A DNA stretch of 64,000 bases, taken from contig JAITEB010000035.1 of assembly GCA_031282245.1 (NCBI GenBank), positions 18,553 to 82,552 on the forward strand, given 5' to 3'. This DNA comes from Oscillospiraceae bacterium (GTDB lineage Bacteria > Bacillota > Clostridia > Oscillospirales > Ruminococcaceae). The position numbers were made by a program, and so were the translations under genes. Shown piece by piece: positions 10,497 through 19,356 of the stretch. How positions within the stretch are numbered: the stretch's first letter is position 1; the number at the start of each line of letters is the position of its first letter. The notes under the pieces are model-generated. The model worked only from the letters and a program-made list of their open reading frames with translations. It did not search any database and had not been told where the DNA came from.

Positions 10497-12461
10497 GTGG
10501 CCGATCGTTTTGAGCTGAAAGCAAATTTTTCTCCCACAGGCGACCAGCCGGAAGCAATAAGGGCGCTTGTCTCCGGTATAAACAAAGGCAGCCGGGAGCA
10601 AACGCTTCTGGGTGTCACTGGCTCCGGCAAAACTTTCACTATGGCGAATATCATCGCCGAACTGAACCGCCCAACGCTGGTTCTGGCGCACAACAAAACT
10701 CTTGCCGCTCAGCTTTGCAGCGAGTTCCGGGAGTTTTTCCCAAACAATTCAGTAGAATATTTTGTAAGTTATTATGATTATTACCAGCCCGAGGCATATG
10801 TCCCCGGGACTGATACTTATATAGAAAAAGACAGCTCTATTAACGACGAGATAGACAAGCTGCGGCATTCCGCAACGGCGGCTCTTTCCGAGCGCAGGGA
10901 CGTTGTGATTGTTGCGAGCGTTTCCTGCATTTATTCTCTGGGCAACCCGATTGATTACCGCAGTATGGTTATTTCTTTGCGCCCCGGTATGCAAAAAGGC
11001 CGCGACGAAGTTTTGAAAAAATTGGTCGAGCTGCAATACGAACGCAATGATATAAACTTTGTGCGCAATAAATTCAGGGTGCGCGGCGATATTGTGGAGA
11101 TTTACCCCTCCTACGGCGACAGGCACGCCATCAGGGTTGAATTTTTCGGCGACGAGGTTGACAGGATTTCCGAGATTGACCCGCTGAGCGGGAAAGTATA
11201 CAGCTATATCCAGCATGTCGCGGTTTACCCCGCTTCGCACTATATCGTCCCGCAGGAAAAAATGACCGGGGCCATTCAGGAAATCGAAAGGGAAGTTCAG
11301 GAAAGAATCGCTTTCTTCAGGAGAGAGGGCAAATTGATAGAAGCGCAGCGCATAGAGCAGCGCACTCTATATGATATAGAAATGCTGCAGGAAATAGGCT
11401 TCTGCTCCGGGATAGAAAACTATTCGCGCGTTCTGTCCGGCAGAGCGCCGGGAAGCGTGCCTTTTACGCTTCTGCACTATTTCCCGAAAGATTTCCTGAT
11501 GTTTATTGACGAGTCGCATGTGACGCTGCCCCAGTCAAGGGGCATGTGGGCGGGGGATCGGGCGCGAAAACAGACGCTTATTGACTACGGTTTCCGTTTG
11601 CCGTCGGCGCTGGACAACCGCCCGCTCAATTTTGACGAGTTTTTCGGGCTGATTAATCAGGTTGTATATGTTTCGGCCACGCCCGGCGAATTTGAGCGCG
11701 GCAGAAGTTCCGCCGTTGTCGAGCAGGTTATCCGCCCGACCGGGCTTCTTGACCCGGAAGTGATTGTAAAGCCTGTTGAAGGGCAGATCGACGATTTATT
11801 GTCAGAGATCAACCAGCGCGCAGAACTCAAAGAACGCGTTCTTGTCACGACGCTGACCAAGAAAATGGCCGAAGATCTGAGCGCTTTCCTGAAAGAAATG
11901 GGCGTAAAGGTGCAGTATATGCACCACGACATAGACGCGATAGAGCGCATGGAAATCATCCGGGATTTGCGCACGGGGGTTTATGACGTGCTTGTGGGGA
12001 TAAACCTTCTGCGCGAGGGGCTGGATCTGCCGGAAGTTTCGCTTGTGGCGATCCTGGATGCGGACAAAGAGGGCTTCCTGCGGAGCGAAACCTCGCTTGT
12101 GCAGACTATAGGACGCGCCGCCCGCAACTCTAACGGGCAGGTCATCATGTACGCCGATTCCGTGACGAATTCCATGGAAAAGGCAATCGGAGAGACAAAC
12201 CGCCGCCGGGAAATCCAGACGAAATATAATCAGGAGCACGGCATTACGCCTGTCACTATTGTGAAGGACGTGCACGGCATTCTTGAAATTTCCTCAAAAG
12301 AAGAGACGGAGAGGAGCGCCGGGGCCAAGCTTAACCCAAGACAGAGAAAAGAGCTTATTGACAAACTGACGCGCGAGATGAAGGCCGCCGCGACGCTGCT
12401 TGAATTCGAGCATGCCGCGTATCTGCGGGACAAAATCGCCGCTCTGAAGGAACAGAAATAA
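10497..12461 (+). CDS. uvrB: Excinuclease ABC subunit B
   Basis: GVTGSGKT Walker A, helicase motifs, and a C-terminal UVR domain ([12 protein letters not shown]). I set the start at GTG 10497 ([17 protein letters not shown]), preceded by AGGGAGG. The track start lies in AT-rich leader. Confidence 0.92.
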   Translation: MADRFELKANFSPTGDQPEAIRALVSGINKGSREQTLLGVTGSGKTFTMANIIAELNRPTLVLAHNKTLAAQLCSEFREFFPNNSVEYFVSYYDYYQPEAYVPGTDTYIEKDSSINDEIDKLRHSATAALSERRDVVIVASVSCIYSLGNPIDYRSMVISLRPGMQKGRDEVLKKLVELQYERNDINFVRNKFRVRGDIVEIYPSYGDRHAIRVEFFGDEVDRISEIDPLSGKVYSYIQHVAVYPASHYIVPQEKMTGAIQEIEREVQERIAFFRREGKLIEAQRIEQRTLYDIEMLQEIGFCSGIENYSRVLSGRAPGSVPFTLLHYFPKDFLMFIDESHVTLPQSRGMWAGDRARKQTLIDYGFRLPSALDNRPLNFDEFFGLINQVVYVSATPGEFERGRSSAVVEQVIRPTGLLDPEVIVKPVEGQIDDLLSEINQRAELKERVLVTTLTKKMAEDLSAFLKEMGVKVQYMHHDIDAIERMEIIRDLRTGVYDVLVGINLLREGLDLPEVSLVAILDADKEGFLRSETSLVQTIGRAARNSNGQVIMYADSVTNSMEKAIGETNRRREIQTKYNQEHGITPVTIVKDVHGILEISSKEETERSAGAKLNPRQRKELIDKLTREMKAAATLLEFEHAAYLRDKIAALKEQK

Positions 12462-12482
12462 AACGCGCTTTTCTCTGCAAAA

Positions 12483-12642
12483 AAACGACTATTCGCGCTA
12501 TCAATATATGAGTACGGGTATGGTTCAACTTACTATTTTTGTCTGAAATATTTTATTTTTTATTATATTCTAATACTTTTAACGGTCTTACCAAAAAGTC
12601 ATACCCGTACTCATATATCGACAGCGCGGAAGCGCGTCGTTT
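12483..12642. repeat. ~160-bp imperfect palindrome (19-bp perfect core arms ATATATGAGTACGGGTATG / CATACCCGTACTCATATAT around a 77-nt AT-rich centre)
   Basis: The arms are at 12504-12522 and 12600-12618. Outer imperfect pairing extends to AAAAACGAC / GTCGTTTTT. It lies in the convergent uvrB/htrA spacer. Confidence 0.7.
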
Positions 12643-12644
12643 TT

Positions 12645-12691
12645 CCAGCAAAAAGCAGGCGAACCGCAACGGACCGCCTGCTTTTTGCTGG
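12645..12691. terminator. Bidirectional hairpin terminator between uvrB and the HtrA-like gene
   Basis: CCAGCAAAAAGCAGGCG (12645-12661) pairs with CGCCTGCTTTTTGCTGG (12675-12691), a 17-bp stem containing an A/T run in each arm. Confidence 0.6.
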
Positions 12692-12802
12692 ATTAATTTT
12701 TGGAGGTTGCGTTACTCGCGCATCGCAGGGGCGCCATGCACGGGCGTCCCCTGCAAAACTTATAAGGAGGAGAATTAATCTATTTATAAAGCGTCAATTT
12801 TT

Positions 12803-14398
12803 TTACGCTCCGGCCTTGCTTTGCGTCTCAAAGTCGCTCGCGTTCTGCGGGACATTTTCTTTCAGGACAATCGGGACGTCGTAGGTTTTGTCGCCGCGCT
12901 CAACCCTGATAGTAAGCGTGTCCCCGACAGTGTGCTTTTCAAGTATGGCCCTTATGTCCGCCATGCTCATAACTTTTTGGCCGTCAATGCTGATTATGCG
13001 GTCGCCGGTTTCAAGCCCTTTGTTTTCGCCGGGAGAGGCGATATATAAACCGGGGGTGTCCAGGCGGTACATAATGGCCGTCTGCATATCTTCGATAGTT
13101 ACAACAGTTATGCCCAGCTTCGGCCTGCCCGACACATAGCCGTTGGTCATAAGCTCGTCCGTAATAGTCTTTACAGTATTGGAGGGTATCGCAAAGCCCA
13201 AACCCTCAACGTTTGTTTCGCCGCTTTTTGCGTTTACTATTCCCACAAGCTGCCCGTTCTCATCAAACAGCCCGCCGCCGGAGTTGCCGGGGTTGACCGC
13301 CGCGGAAGTCTGCAAAAGCGTCATTGTTTCGTTTTCAACCAGAATTTCGCGGTCCTTTGCGCTGATAATCCCTTCTGTAACTGTGCCGCCAAGAGTTCCC
13401 AGCGGGTTGCCGATGGCGACGGCAAGCTGCCCGACCTGTATTTTGCTTGAATCCGCCAAAGAAACGGGCTTAAGCCCTGTGGTTTCTATTTTTATAACGG
13501 CAAGATCCGTCTGTTCATCGACGCCGATGAGTTTCGCGTTATACTCTTTGCCTTCAAAAGTGCGGACTTTAACGGTAGTTGCGCTCCTGACCACATGGTT
13601 GTTCGTCACTATATAGCCGTCCTCGGTCAGGATAACCCCGCTGCCCGCGCCTTCCTGTATATACTCGCCAAAAAAGGGGTTGTTTGTGTTTTCTTCGGTG
13701 GAAACCTCTACGACGGACGGAGCGGCCACTGCCACAACATTTTCAACAGAAGATTTAGCGCTGCCCGGCGCTATTATGCCGGGAGAAGCGCTCAGCGCTT
13801 CGGAAGAGCTGACTGCGGGAGCCTGTATCTGCTGATTAGCCAGGGAATCTTTTAAAAGCGTATACGAGACGCCGCCGCCGATTATTCCGGATATAAGCGA
13901 GAGGACGACGGCCAGCGCTACAAATTTCCCCGCTCCGCCTTTTTTCTTTTTGGGCAGCATTGGTTCAGCCTTTGAAGGCCCCGCCGGCGGCGCGGCGGAT
14001 TCGCTGAAGCTCCAGCCGTAAACGGGCGGATTTTTATTGCTCTTGCTGGGCTCTGTGTGCGGCGGAGCGTACTGCGCCGAATCATACTGGGACGAATTAT
14101 AATAATATGGGTTTGAGTTATAAGACGGCTCTCCGTAGTAAGTGGGTTCCTGAGGGGCGGGCGGCGTCGGCTGCCCTGCGCCGTAATTATACTGCTGGGC
14201 TGTTCCGGCGCTGTCGTAAACCGGGGCCGCGGTATATCCGCCGTTTATATCCGCCGGCCGGCTTTCCTGGCTTTGGGCAGGCGCCTGATTTTCCTCGGGA
14301 GGAGAAAGCTCCGGCGGAACCTGCCATCCGAAAGCCGCAGGATCATAATTATAATTTTTATTTACGTCGTTATTAAAAGCGTCATTATTTTCTGACAT
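12803..14398 (-). CDS. HtrA/DegP-like trypsin-type serine protease with PDZ domain, Pro/Tyr-rich N-terminus and TM anchor
   Basis: The catalytic triad context is present (TNNHVV, DLAVIK, GNSGGGLF), with a PDZ-like C-terminus. I set the start at MSENNDAF (ATG 14398) rather than the track start. Confidence 0.88.
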   Translation of the reverse strand: MSENNDAFNNDVNKNYNYDPAAFGWQVPPELSPPEENQAPAQSQESRPADINGGYTAAPVYDSAGTAQQYNYGAGQPTPPAPQEPTYYGEPSYNSNPYYYNSSQYDSAQYAPPHTEPSKSNKNPPVYGWSFSESAAPPAGPSKAEPMLPKKKKGGAGKFVALAVVLSLISGIIGGGVSYTLLKDSLANQQIQAPAVSSSEALSASPGIIAPGSAKSSVENVVAVAAPSVVEVSTEENTNNPFFGEYIQEGAGSGVILTEDGYIVTNNHVVRSATTVKVRTFEGKEYNAKLIGVDEQTDLAVIKIETTGLKPVSLADSSKIQVGQLAVAIGNPLGTLGGTVTEGIISAKDREILVENETMTLLQTSAAVNPGNSGGGLFDENGQLVGIVNAKSGETNVEGLGFAIPSNTVKTITDELMTNGYVSGRPKLGITVVTIEDMQTAIMYRLDTPGLYIASPGENKGLETGDRIISIDGQKVMSMADIRAILEKHTVGDTLTIRVERGDKTYDVPIVLKENVPQNASDFETQSKAGA

Positions 14399-14614
14399 AA
14401 TATCAAACCTCCATCTTAATTTTATAATAAACTTGGTTTTGTCTCTTGCTTGGTTTTTATTATATTGCCCTATTGTGACAGTTTTTTGAAGAAGCGCAGA
14501 AAAGTAGCTGAAAAACAAGCGAATTGCACATGAATTTTATTTCGCCGCCGCAAAACTTATTTTAATAAAAAAGCGGCAGGGCTTTTTCAGCCGCGCCGCC
14601 GTAATATTTTTTTC

Positions 14615-15055
14615 TCAGACTGCCGCCACTGTGCGCTGCACTTTTTTAAGCTTCCCGGAAGACTCAAGCATGTAAAAATCCAAGCCGGGAAAAGCCGCCC
14701 AGAAACTGTCCAGAATAGAATTGTCGCTCTCGGGGCAGCCGGTGACGACATTTACCGCATTGTATTCGCCGACAAGCTTTTTCAGAACTTCCAGAACGTT
14801 CTTCCCATAGAAAATATTCATCACAGCCTTGTTTTCTTTTGATACGTTAAATAAATGCTCCAGAGCGCTGAAATCGGTTTTTTTTTCAATCGGACTGTTG
14901 ACGTTGAATATATATAAATTAGTGCGGGTTTTATCCGCAAGAAGTCTTCCCGCTTTAATCAGTTTTTCGCATCTGAATTGATCCGTCACGCAAACCAGAG
15001 TGCATTCGCTGTATTTATCTTCCATTTCAAAATAGCTTTTGTTTGAATTTGACAT
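14615..15055 (-). CDS. Hypothetical protein, possibly USP-like (KdpD-type) alpha/beta domain
   Basis: 146 aa from MSNSNKSY, with AGGGAG 12 nt upstream. TLVCVTDQFRCEKLIKAGRLLA resembles the Usp-like segment of KdpD. This is a weak, by-eye match only. Confidence 0.4.
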   Translation of the reverse strand: MSNSNKSYFEMEDKYSECTLVCVTDQFRCEKLIKAGRLLADKTRTNLYIFNVNSPIEKKTDFSALEHLFNVSKENKAVMNIFYGKNVLEVLKKLVGEYNAVNVVTGCPESDNSILDSFWAAFPGLDFYMLESSGKLKKVQRTVAAV

Positions 15056-15238
15056 TATTTCACAAATCACTCCCTAAAATAATAAACTGTTATTAAGCAA
15101 AAAACAAACCGTATTTATTCTATATCTCAAATATGAATAGGATATTTACAGCGCATAAATAATAATTACAAATATTTTATAGTCTTTGCGGGATGTTCCG
15201 ATCTTTAATTTTCCAAAAGTCAAGCGATCCCGCCTGCT

Positions 15239-15964
15239 TTACGCCTGGCTTTTCAGAGTTTCAATCTCAAGTTTAGTCAGCGGCCTGTGCTCGCCGGGAC
15301 GCAGAACCCCAAGGCGCACGGCGCCTACCTGGATTCTCCGGAGACGCTTTACCCCTATGCCGAAAATCTCGAACATTTTGCGGATCTGCCTGTTGCGCCC
15401 CTCGCTCAGGGTCATTTGCAGAACAGTCCGCTTCTCTTCTTTTAGAACAACTTTAGTGACAGTGGGCGCGGTTTTTCTTCCGTCTATTTCCACTCCCTCG
15501 CAAAGCGCGGTGAGCTGTTCGTCGTTTATATCGCCGTCTATCGTCACTCTGTATATTTTCTTGATATTGTGGCTGGGGTGCATAAGCAGATTGGCGAATT
15601 CTCCGTCGTTGGTCATGATGAGCAGACCTTCGGAACTCATGTCCAGCCGCCCGACAGGATAAAGCCTTGCGTCTATATCTTCAACGAGCATAGAGACGTT
15701 TTTGCGGCCAAGCTCGTCGTCCATGGTGGTGACATAACCCCGGGGCTTGTGCAGGGCGATATAGTATTTCTTCGTCTTTACGCCGGAGTTTATGCGCTTG
15801 CCGTCCACGGTTATAATTTGCTTCGGGCCGACTTTCATGCCGATTTCGGCGGGGCGTCCGTCAACGCGAACGCGGCCTTCTTTGACTAATTCCTCAGCTT
15901 TTCTGCGGGACGAAAACCCCGCTTCGCTGAGCGCTTTTTGAATACGTATTTCTTTGGCCTTCAC
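15239..15964 (-). CDS. rluB: Pseudouridine synthase (RluB/RsuA family) with S4 domain
   Basis: S4 motif (IRIQKALSEAGFSSRRKAEELVKEGRV) and catalytic GRLDMSSEGL. GTG start at 15964, 9 nt after AAGGGGA. Confidence 0.85.
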   Translation of the reverse strand: MKAKEIRIQKALSEAGFSSRRKAEELVKEGRVRVDGRPAEIGMKVGPKQIITVDGKRINSGVKTKKYYIALHKPRGYVTTMDDELGRKNVSMLVEDIDARLYPVGRLDMSSEGLLIMTNDGEFANLLMHPSHNIKKIYRVTIDGDINDEQLTALCEGVEIDGRKTAPTVTKVVLKEEKRTVLQMTLSEGRNRQIRKMFEIFGIGVKRLRRIQVGAVRLGVLRPGEHRPLTKLEIETLKSQA

Positions 15965-16034
15965 AGGCAAAATTCCCCTTTTTTTAATATTATTTTTTAT
16001 TTTTTCCGTCTCTTCCGGGCGCGAGCAAAAAAAG

Positions 16035-17156
16035 CTACGCAAACCAGGATTTTATTCTATCCCACAGCCCTGTTTTTTGCCTGTACGCCACATTTTCAGC
16101 CGCCAAAATCGGCGTCTCGGCCAGCGCTTCGCCTTTCAATTCATATCGAAGCGCCCCAAGCGCCGCGCCTTTTTCGACGGGGGCATAAACAAAAGAAGGC
16201 AGATATATTTTCTGTTTTAGTTGGGGGACGCTTTTTTTCAGGAGCACAAGCTTTTCCCCTGTGTTCTCTGTGTATAAGCCTACGGAATTCGCCTCCCCGC
16301 CCGCCACGGGCAGCCTGCGCCCGGACAAATCGGGAACAAGCGGCACCGCTTCAATCCGCTCAAAGCCATAGCGGTAAAGGCTCTTGTGAATATCCCAGTC
16401 GTCCGGGCAGGAAAGCGTGACGCAAAGCAGACGCATTCCGTCGCGCTCCGCCGCCGAAACAAGGCAGCGGCCGGCCTTTTGGGTATAGCCCGTCTTAACG
16501 CCGATACAGCCGTCCAGCTCTTTCAAAAGACGGTTGTGGTTGTTCATGCTCCTGTCATAGGGCGGACTTCCAAAACTTGCTCTGCCCGTCCGGCTGGAAC
16601 ATATTTCAAGAAAAGCCTCGTTTTTTAAGGCATAATTTGCCAGACGCGCCATATCAAGCGCGCTTGAATAATGACCCTCGCTGTCCAGGCCGGAAGGGTT
16701 CTCAAAGTGCGTGTTGCCCAGGCCAAGACCGGCGGCCTTTTCGTTCATCAGGGCGGCAAAGCCGGGGACGCTTCCCGCAACCCTCACAGCGGCGGCATTC
16801 GCCGCGTCGTTGCCGGATTCCAGCAGTATTCCCCAGCAAAGGGCGCGCAGACTCACCGCGTCGCCCTCGCGCAAGCCCATAGAGGTCCCCTCAACTTTGA
16901 TTGCGTCCGGGTCGACAATAAATTCCTCGTCCGGATCCCGCCCGGATTCCAGAACCAGCAGGGCGGTCATAATTTTCGTTGTGCTCGCGATAGCAAGGCG
17001 TTCGTTTATATTCTGCTCAAAAACGATTTCGCCGTTTTCCGTCATCAAAATTGCGGCCTTTGCGCCAACTTCTTTCAGCTCGGCTGAAACAGGCGGGGAA
17101 AGGGCTGGAAAAATAAGCAATAAAAGCAAAAAATAAACCGCGGGCTTTTCAATCAT
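16035..17156 (-). CDS. D-alanyl-D-alanine carboxypeptidase (serine-type, PBP5/DacB-like)
   Basis: SxxK (ASTTKIMT), SxN (ESGND) and KTG (VKTGYT) motifs, plus a signal or TM segment. Start at MIEKPAVYF, with GAGGTGG 9 nt upstream. Confidence 0.85.
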   Translation of the reverse strand: MIEKPAVYFLLLLLIFPALSPPVSAELKEVGAKAAILMTENGEIVFEQNINERLAIASTTKIMTALLVLESGRDPDEEFIVDPDAIKVEGTSMGLREGDAVSLRALCWGILLESGNDAANAAAVRVAGSVPGFAALMNEKAAGLGLGNTHFENPSGLDSEGHYSSALDMARLANYALKNEAFLEICSSRTGRASFGSPPYDRSMNNHNRLLKELDGCIGVKTGYTQKAGRCLVSAAERDGMRLLCVTLSCPDDWDIHKSLYRYGFERIEAVPLVPDLSGRRLPVAGGEANSVGLYTENTGEKLVLLKKSVPQLKQKIYLPSFVYAPVEKGAALGALRYELKGEALAETPILAAENVAYRQKTGLWDRIKSWFA

Positions 17157-17237
17157 ATATATATACCACCTCAATCTTATCCTATGCCGGGATTGGGGCG
17201 TATATACCAAAGGCCAAAGAACGCGCGCCTGCTCAAA

Positions 17238-17747
17238 TTACAGTTCTTCGACCTCTTCTATAATTTCCTCGGTGCTGAGCTTGCTGTAATCCTCGTAAGA
17301 AAGACCTTTTTTGCCCTTTTCAGCAGATTCCGCAGGCTCGGCTTCAGGAGCTTTCGCTTCTGTCTTTTTGTCTTTGTCTTTTGTAAAAAGCTTCTTGATT
17401 TGCTCCACAATTTCCGGGAGCAGATTCAGCGCGCGGTCAACAGTCTGGTTCTTGTCGGCAATCTGCATAAGTTTTACGCCGCCATTCGGAGCAATAACCA
17501 CAAAAGCCACAGGAGTGACCAGCAGGCCTCCGCCTCCGCCTCCGCTGATCCGCTTGTCGCTTTCGGTCGGCGCGCCTTTTAAATCTGCCCCGCCGGAACC
17601 AAACCCGACCTGAACCTTCGACACGGGGATAATCATTGTGCCGTCGGGGGCCGTAATAGTATCGCCGATAACCGTGTTGGAGTCCACCATGTCCTTAATT
17701 TTGGTGAGCATTATGTCCGCAAAGCCGTGAATACCGTTGTTCATCAA
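17238..17747 (-). CDS. ytfJ: Sporulation protein YtfJ / GerW family
   Basis: 169 aa. TVIGDTITAPDGTMIIPVSKVQVGFGSGG is the typical YtfJ/GerW signature. Confidence 0.85.
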   Translation of the reverse strand: MMNNGIHGFADIMLTKIKDMVDSNTVIGDTITAPDGTMIIPVSKVQVGFGSGGADLKGAPTESDKRISGGGGGGLLVTPVAFVVIAPNGGVKLMQIADKNQTVDRALNLLPEIVEQIKKLFTKDKDKKTEAKAPEAEPAESAEKGKKGLSYEDYSKLSTEEIIEEVEEL

Positions 17748-17842
17748 TTGACACCGTCCATTCTGTATGAATTTTTAAAATTATTTATATTTATTGACGG
17801 GCGAACGCCGTCCGCCCTTGCAAAAACAACTGCTTAAATTAA

Positions 17843-18511
17843 TCAGGCGGCTTTCAGATCCCGCCCCTGAGCTTCTTCAGCCTTTTTCTTCTGCTCTTTA
17901 TTAAACTTGCCGTAAATAAACAAAAAGCGTATTCCGGGAATAAGCAGGATAAAAACCAGCCGGAAAATATCCAGCGCGCATATCTGCACAGTAGTTCTAA
18001 TCCGAAAAACATTTTCGTTTATCATGAAATCGGGCTGGATGTCTATCTTTATTTTGTTTATATTTAATATATTGCTGAGAATGCCGTAAGCCGCATAAAC
18101 CCCGGCGCAGGTTTTGCCGTATTTGTCGCCGGTCCGGTCGGGCGCCTCGCCCGAAATCCGCAGGAATATATCAGTATTATATATTTCAAGGGCTTTAAAC
18201 AGGACTGTGAAAAATTTTTTAAGCGGCGGCCAGAAAAACTTTACCGCGTCCAGTCCAAAGTGAACCAGGTCGACAATCTCGTCCCAGGTCTTTTTTTGCT
18301 TTGGCTTTTCTTCTTTGGGCTTCTCTTTTTCAGGTTTGGGCTTTTTCTCGCCCTCTTTCCCGGGCTTTCCGGGAATAATGCGCAGCCTGATAAATATATA
18401 CCTGATATCAAGCGTAAACGTCTTGTCGAATTTGATCATCGCTTCTATGGGAAACAGCGTCAGCGCAAACAAAAACAGGAGAATCAGCAGCGTTATTATA
18501 AGACCTTTCAT
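17843..18511 (-). CDS. DUF2953 (YtfI-like) sporulation-associated membrane protein
   Basis: 222 aa with an N-terminal TM segment, a Lys/Glu/Pro-rich linker, and a position immediately upstream of ytfJ as in other sporeformers. Confidence 0.6.
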   Translation of the reverse strand: MKGLIITLLILLFLFALTLFPIEAMIKFDKTFTLDIRYIFIRLRIIPGKPGKEGEKKPKPEKEKPKEEKPKQKKTWDEIVDLVHFGLDAVKFFWPPLKKFFTVLFKALEIYNTDIFLRISGEAPDRTGDKYGKTCAGVYAAYGILSNILNINKIKIDIQPDFMINENVFRIRTTVQICALDIFRLVFILLIPGIRFLFIYGKFNKEQKKKAEEAQGRDLKAA

Positions 18512-18520
18512 GGAAAAAAA

Positions 18521-19003
18521 TCACCGTCCTTTTTCGGGAGTCCCGCCCGTCGGCAGCGGCGGAAGCTCCCCCAAATTTGCAACAGAAAAACAGCGCAAAA
18601 AATTTTCTGTCGTCCTGTATGCCAGCGGTCTGCCCGGCAGGTCAAGCCTTCCGGCTTCTTCGGCAAGCCCGCGGGAAATCAGCGTCGCGATAACGCCGGA
18701 ACTGTCCACGCCGCGCACTTGTTCGATAAAGCTTCTTGTGACGGCGCCGTTATAGGCCATAACAGCAAGAACTTCAAGCGCCGCCTGCGAAAGCGGTGCG
18801 TTCTTCTTCACTTCTATAAGAGCTTTGACAAACGGCGCGTATTCTTTTCTTGTGCTAAGCTGGTAACTGCCGTTTAAGTTCAGAAGCTGCAGGCCGCTTC
18901 CCTCAAGGCGCGCGGAAAGCTTGTCCAGCAGCGAAAGCGCTTCCTTTTTGCCCTGCTTTAATATCTCGCAGATTTTGTCCAGCCCAAGCGGATCCCCCGA
19001 CAC
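18521..19003 (-). CDS. scpB: Segregation and condensation protein B (start uncertain; frame open upstream to 19116 without a canonical start)
   Basis: The ScpB motif EALLF-V-SGDPLGL spans the GTG at 19003, and the protein follows scpA. See the finding on the hairpin-element insertion. Confidence 0.8.
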   Translation of the reverse strand: MSGDPLGLDKICEILKQGKKEALSLLDKLSARLEGSGLQLLNLNGSYQLSTRKEYAPFVKALIEVKKNAPLSQAALEVLAVMAYNGAVTRSFIEQVRGVDSSGVIATLISRGLAEEAGRLDLPGRPLAYRTTENFLRCFSVANLGELPPLPTGGTPEKGR

Positions 19004-19116
19004 AAAAAGCAGGGCTTCCAGCGCGTTTTCGTCTCCGGCGTAGAGTAACTCAAGCGGATTTTCCTCAGTCGTGTCTACTGAAATTTCTCCCCTTTCCGGG
19101 TTTGGTTGGGGTTTTA

Positions 19117-19356
19117 GCTATTTTAAAAGGCGAACCACCCCGCCCTTTGGGCACCCCTCCACAGGAGGGGAATTGGCGCTCGTCACGTTTTTAAAGAGCG
19201 TTCCCCATGCTGTTATTAGAAGTTACGCTGTTAGATAAACCTGCAAAGAACAAAATTCTCCGCATGGGGTACAAATTTTGCATAGCCTTTCGAGCTGTAA
19301 TTCCCCTCCTGTGGAGGGGTGCCCAAAGGGCGGGGTGGTTCGCCCTTTAAAATAGC
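19117..19356. mobile_element. Hairpin (MITE/REP-like) element copy A, 240 bp, 58-bp terminal inverted repeats
   Basis: Left arm: GCTATTTTAAAAGGCGAACCACCCCGCCCTTTGGGCACCCCTCCACAGGAGGGGAATT. The right arm (19299-19356) is its near-perfect reverse complement. Related copies lie at 30841-31067 and 36435-36790. Confidence 0.8.

Noticed and set aside
12539-12778. 79-aa ORF in the uvrB/htrA spacer.
   Set aside because: It spans the AT-rich centre and three palindromes, has no RBS, and its composition is driven by the repeats.
13900-14398. Pro/Tyr/Gln-rich segments of the HtrA-like protein and of the 37891-38769 protein, considered as possible DNA-level repeats.
   Set aside because: They are compositionally biased coding regions (low-complexity linkers) without a discernible nucleotide period.
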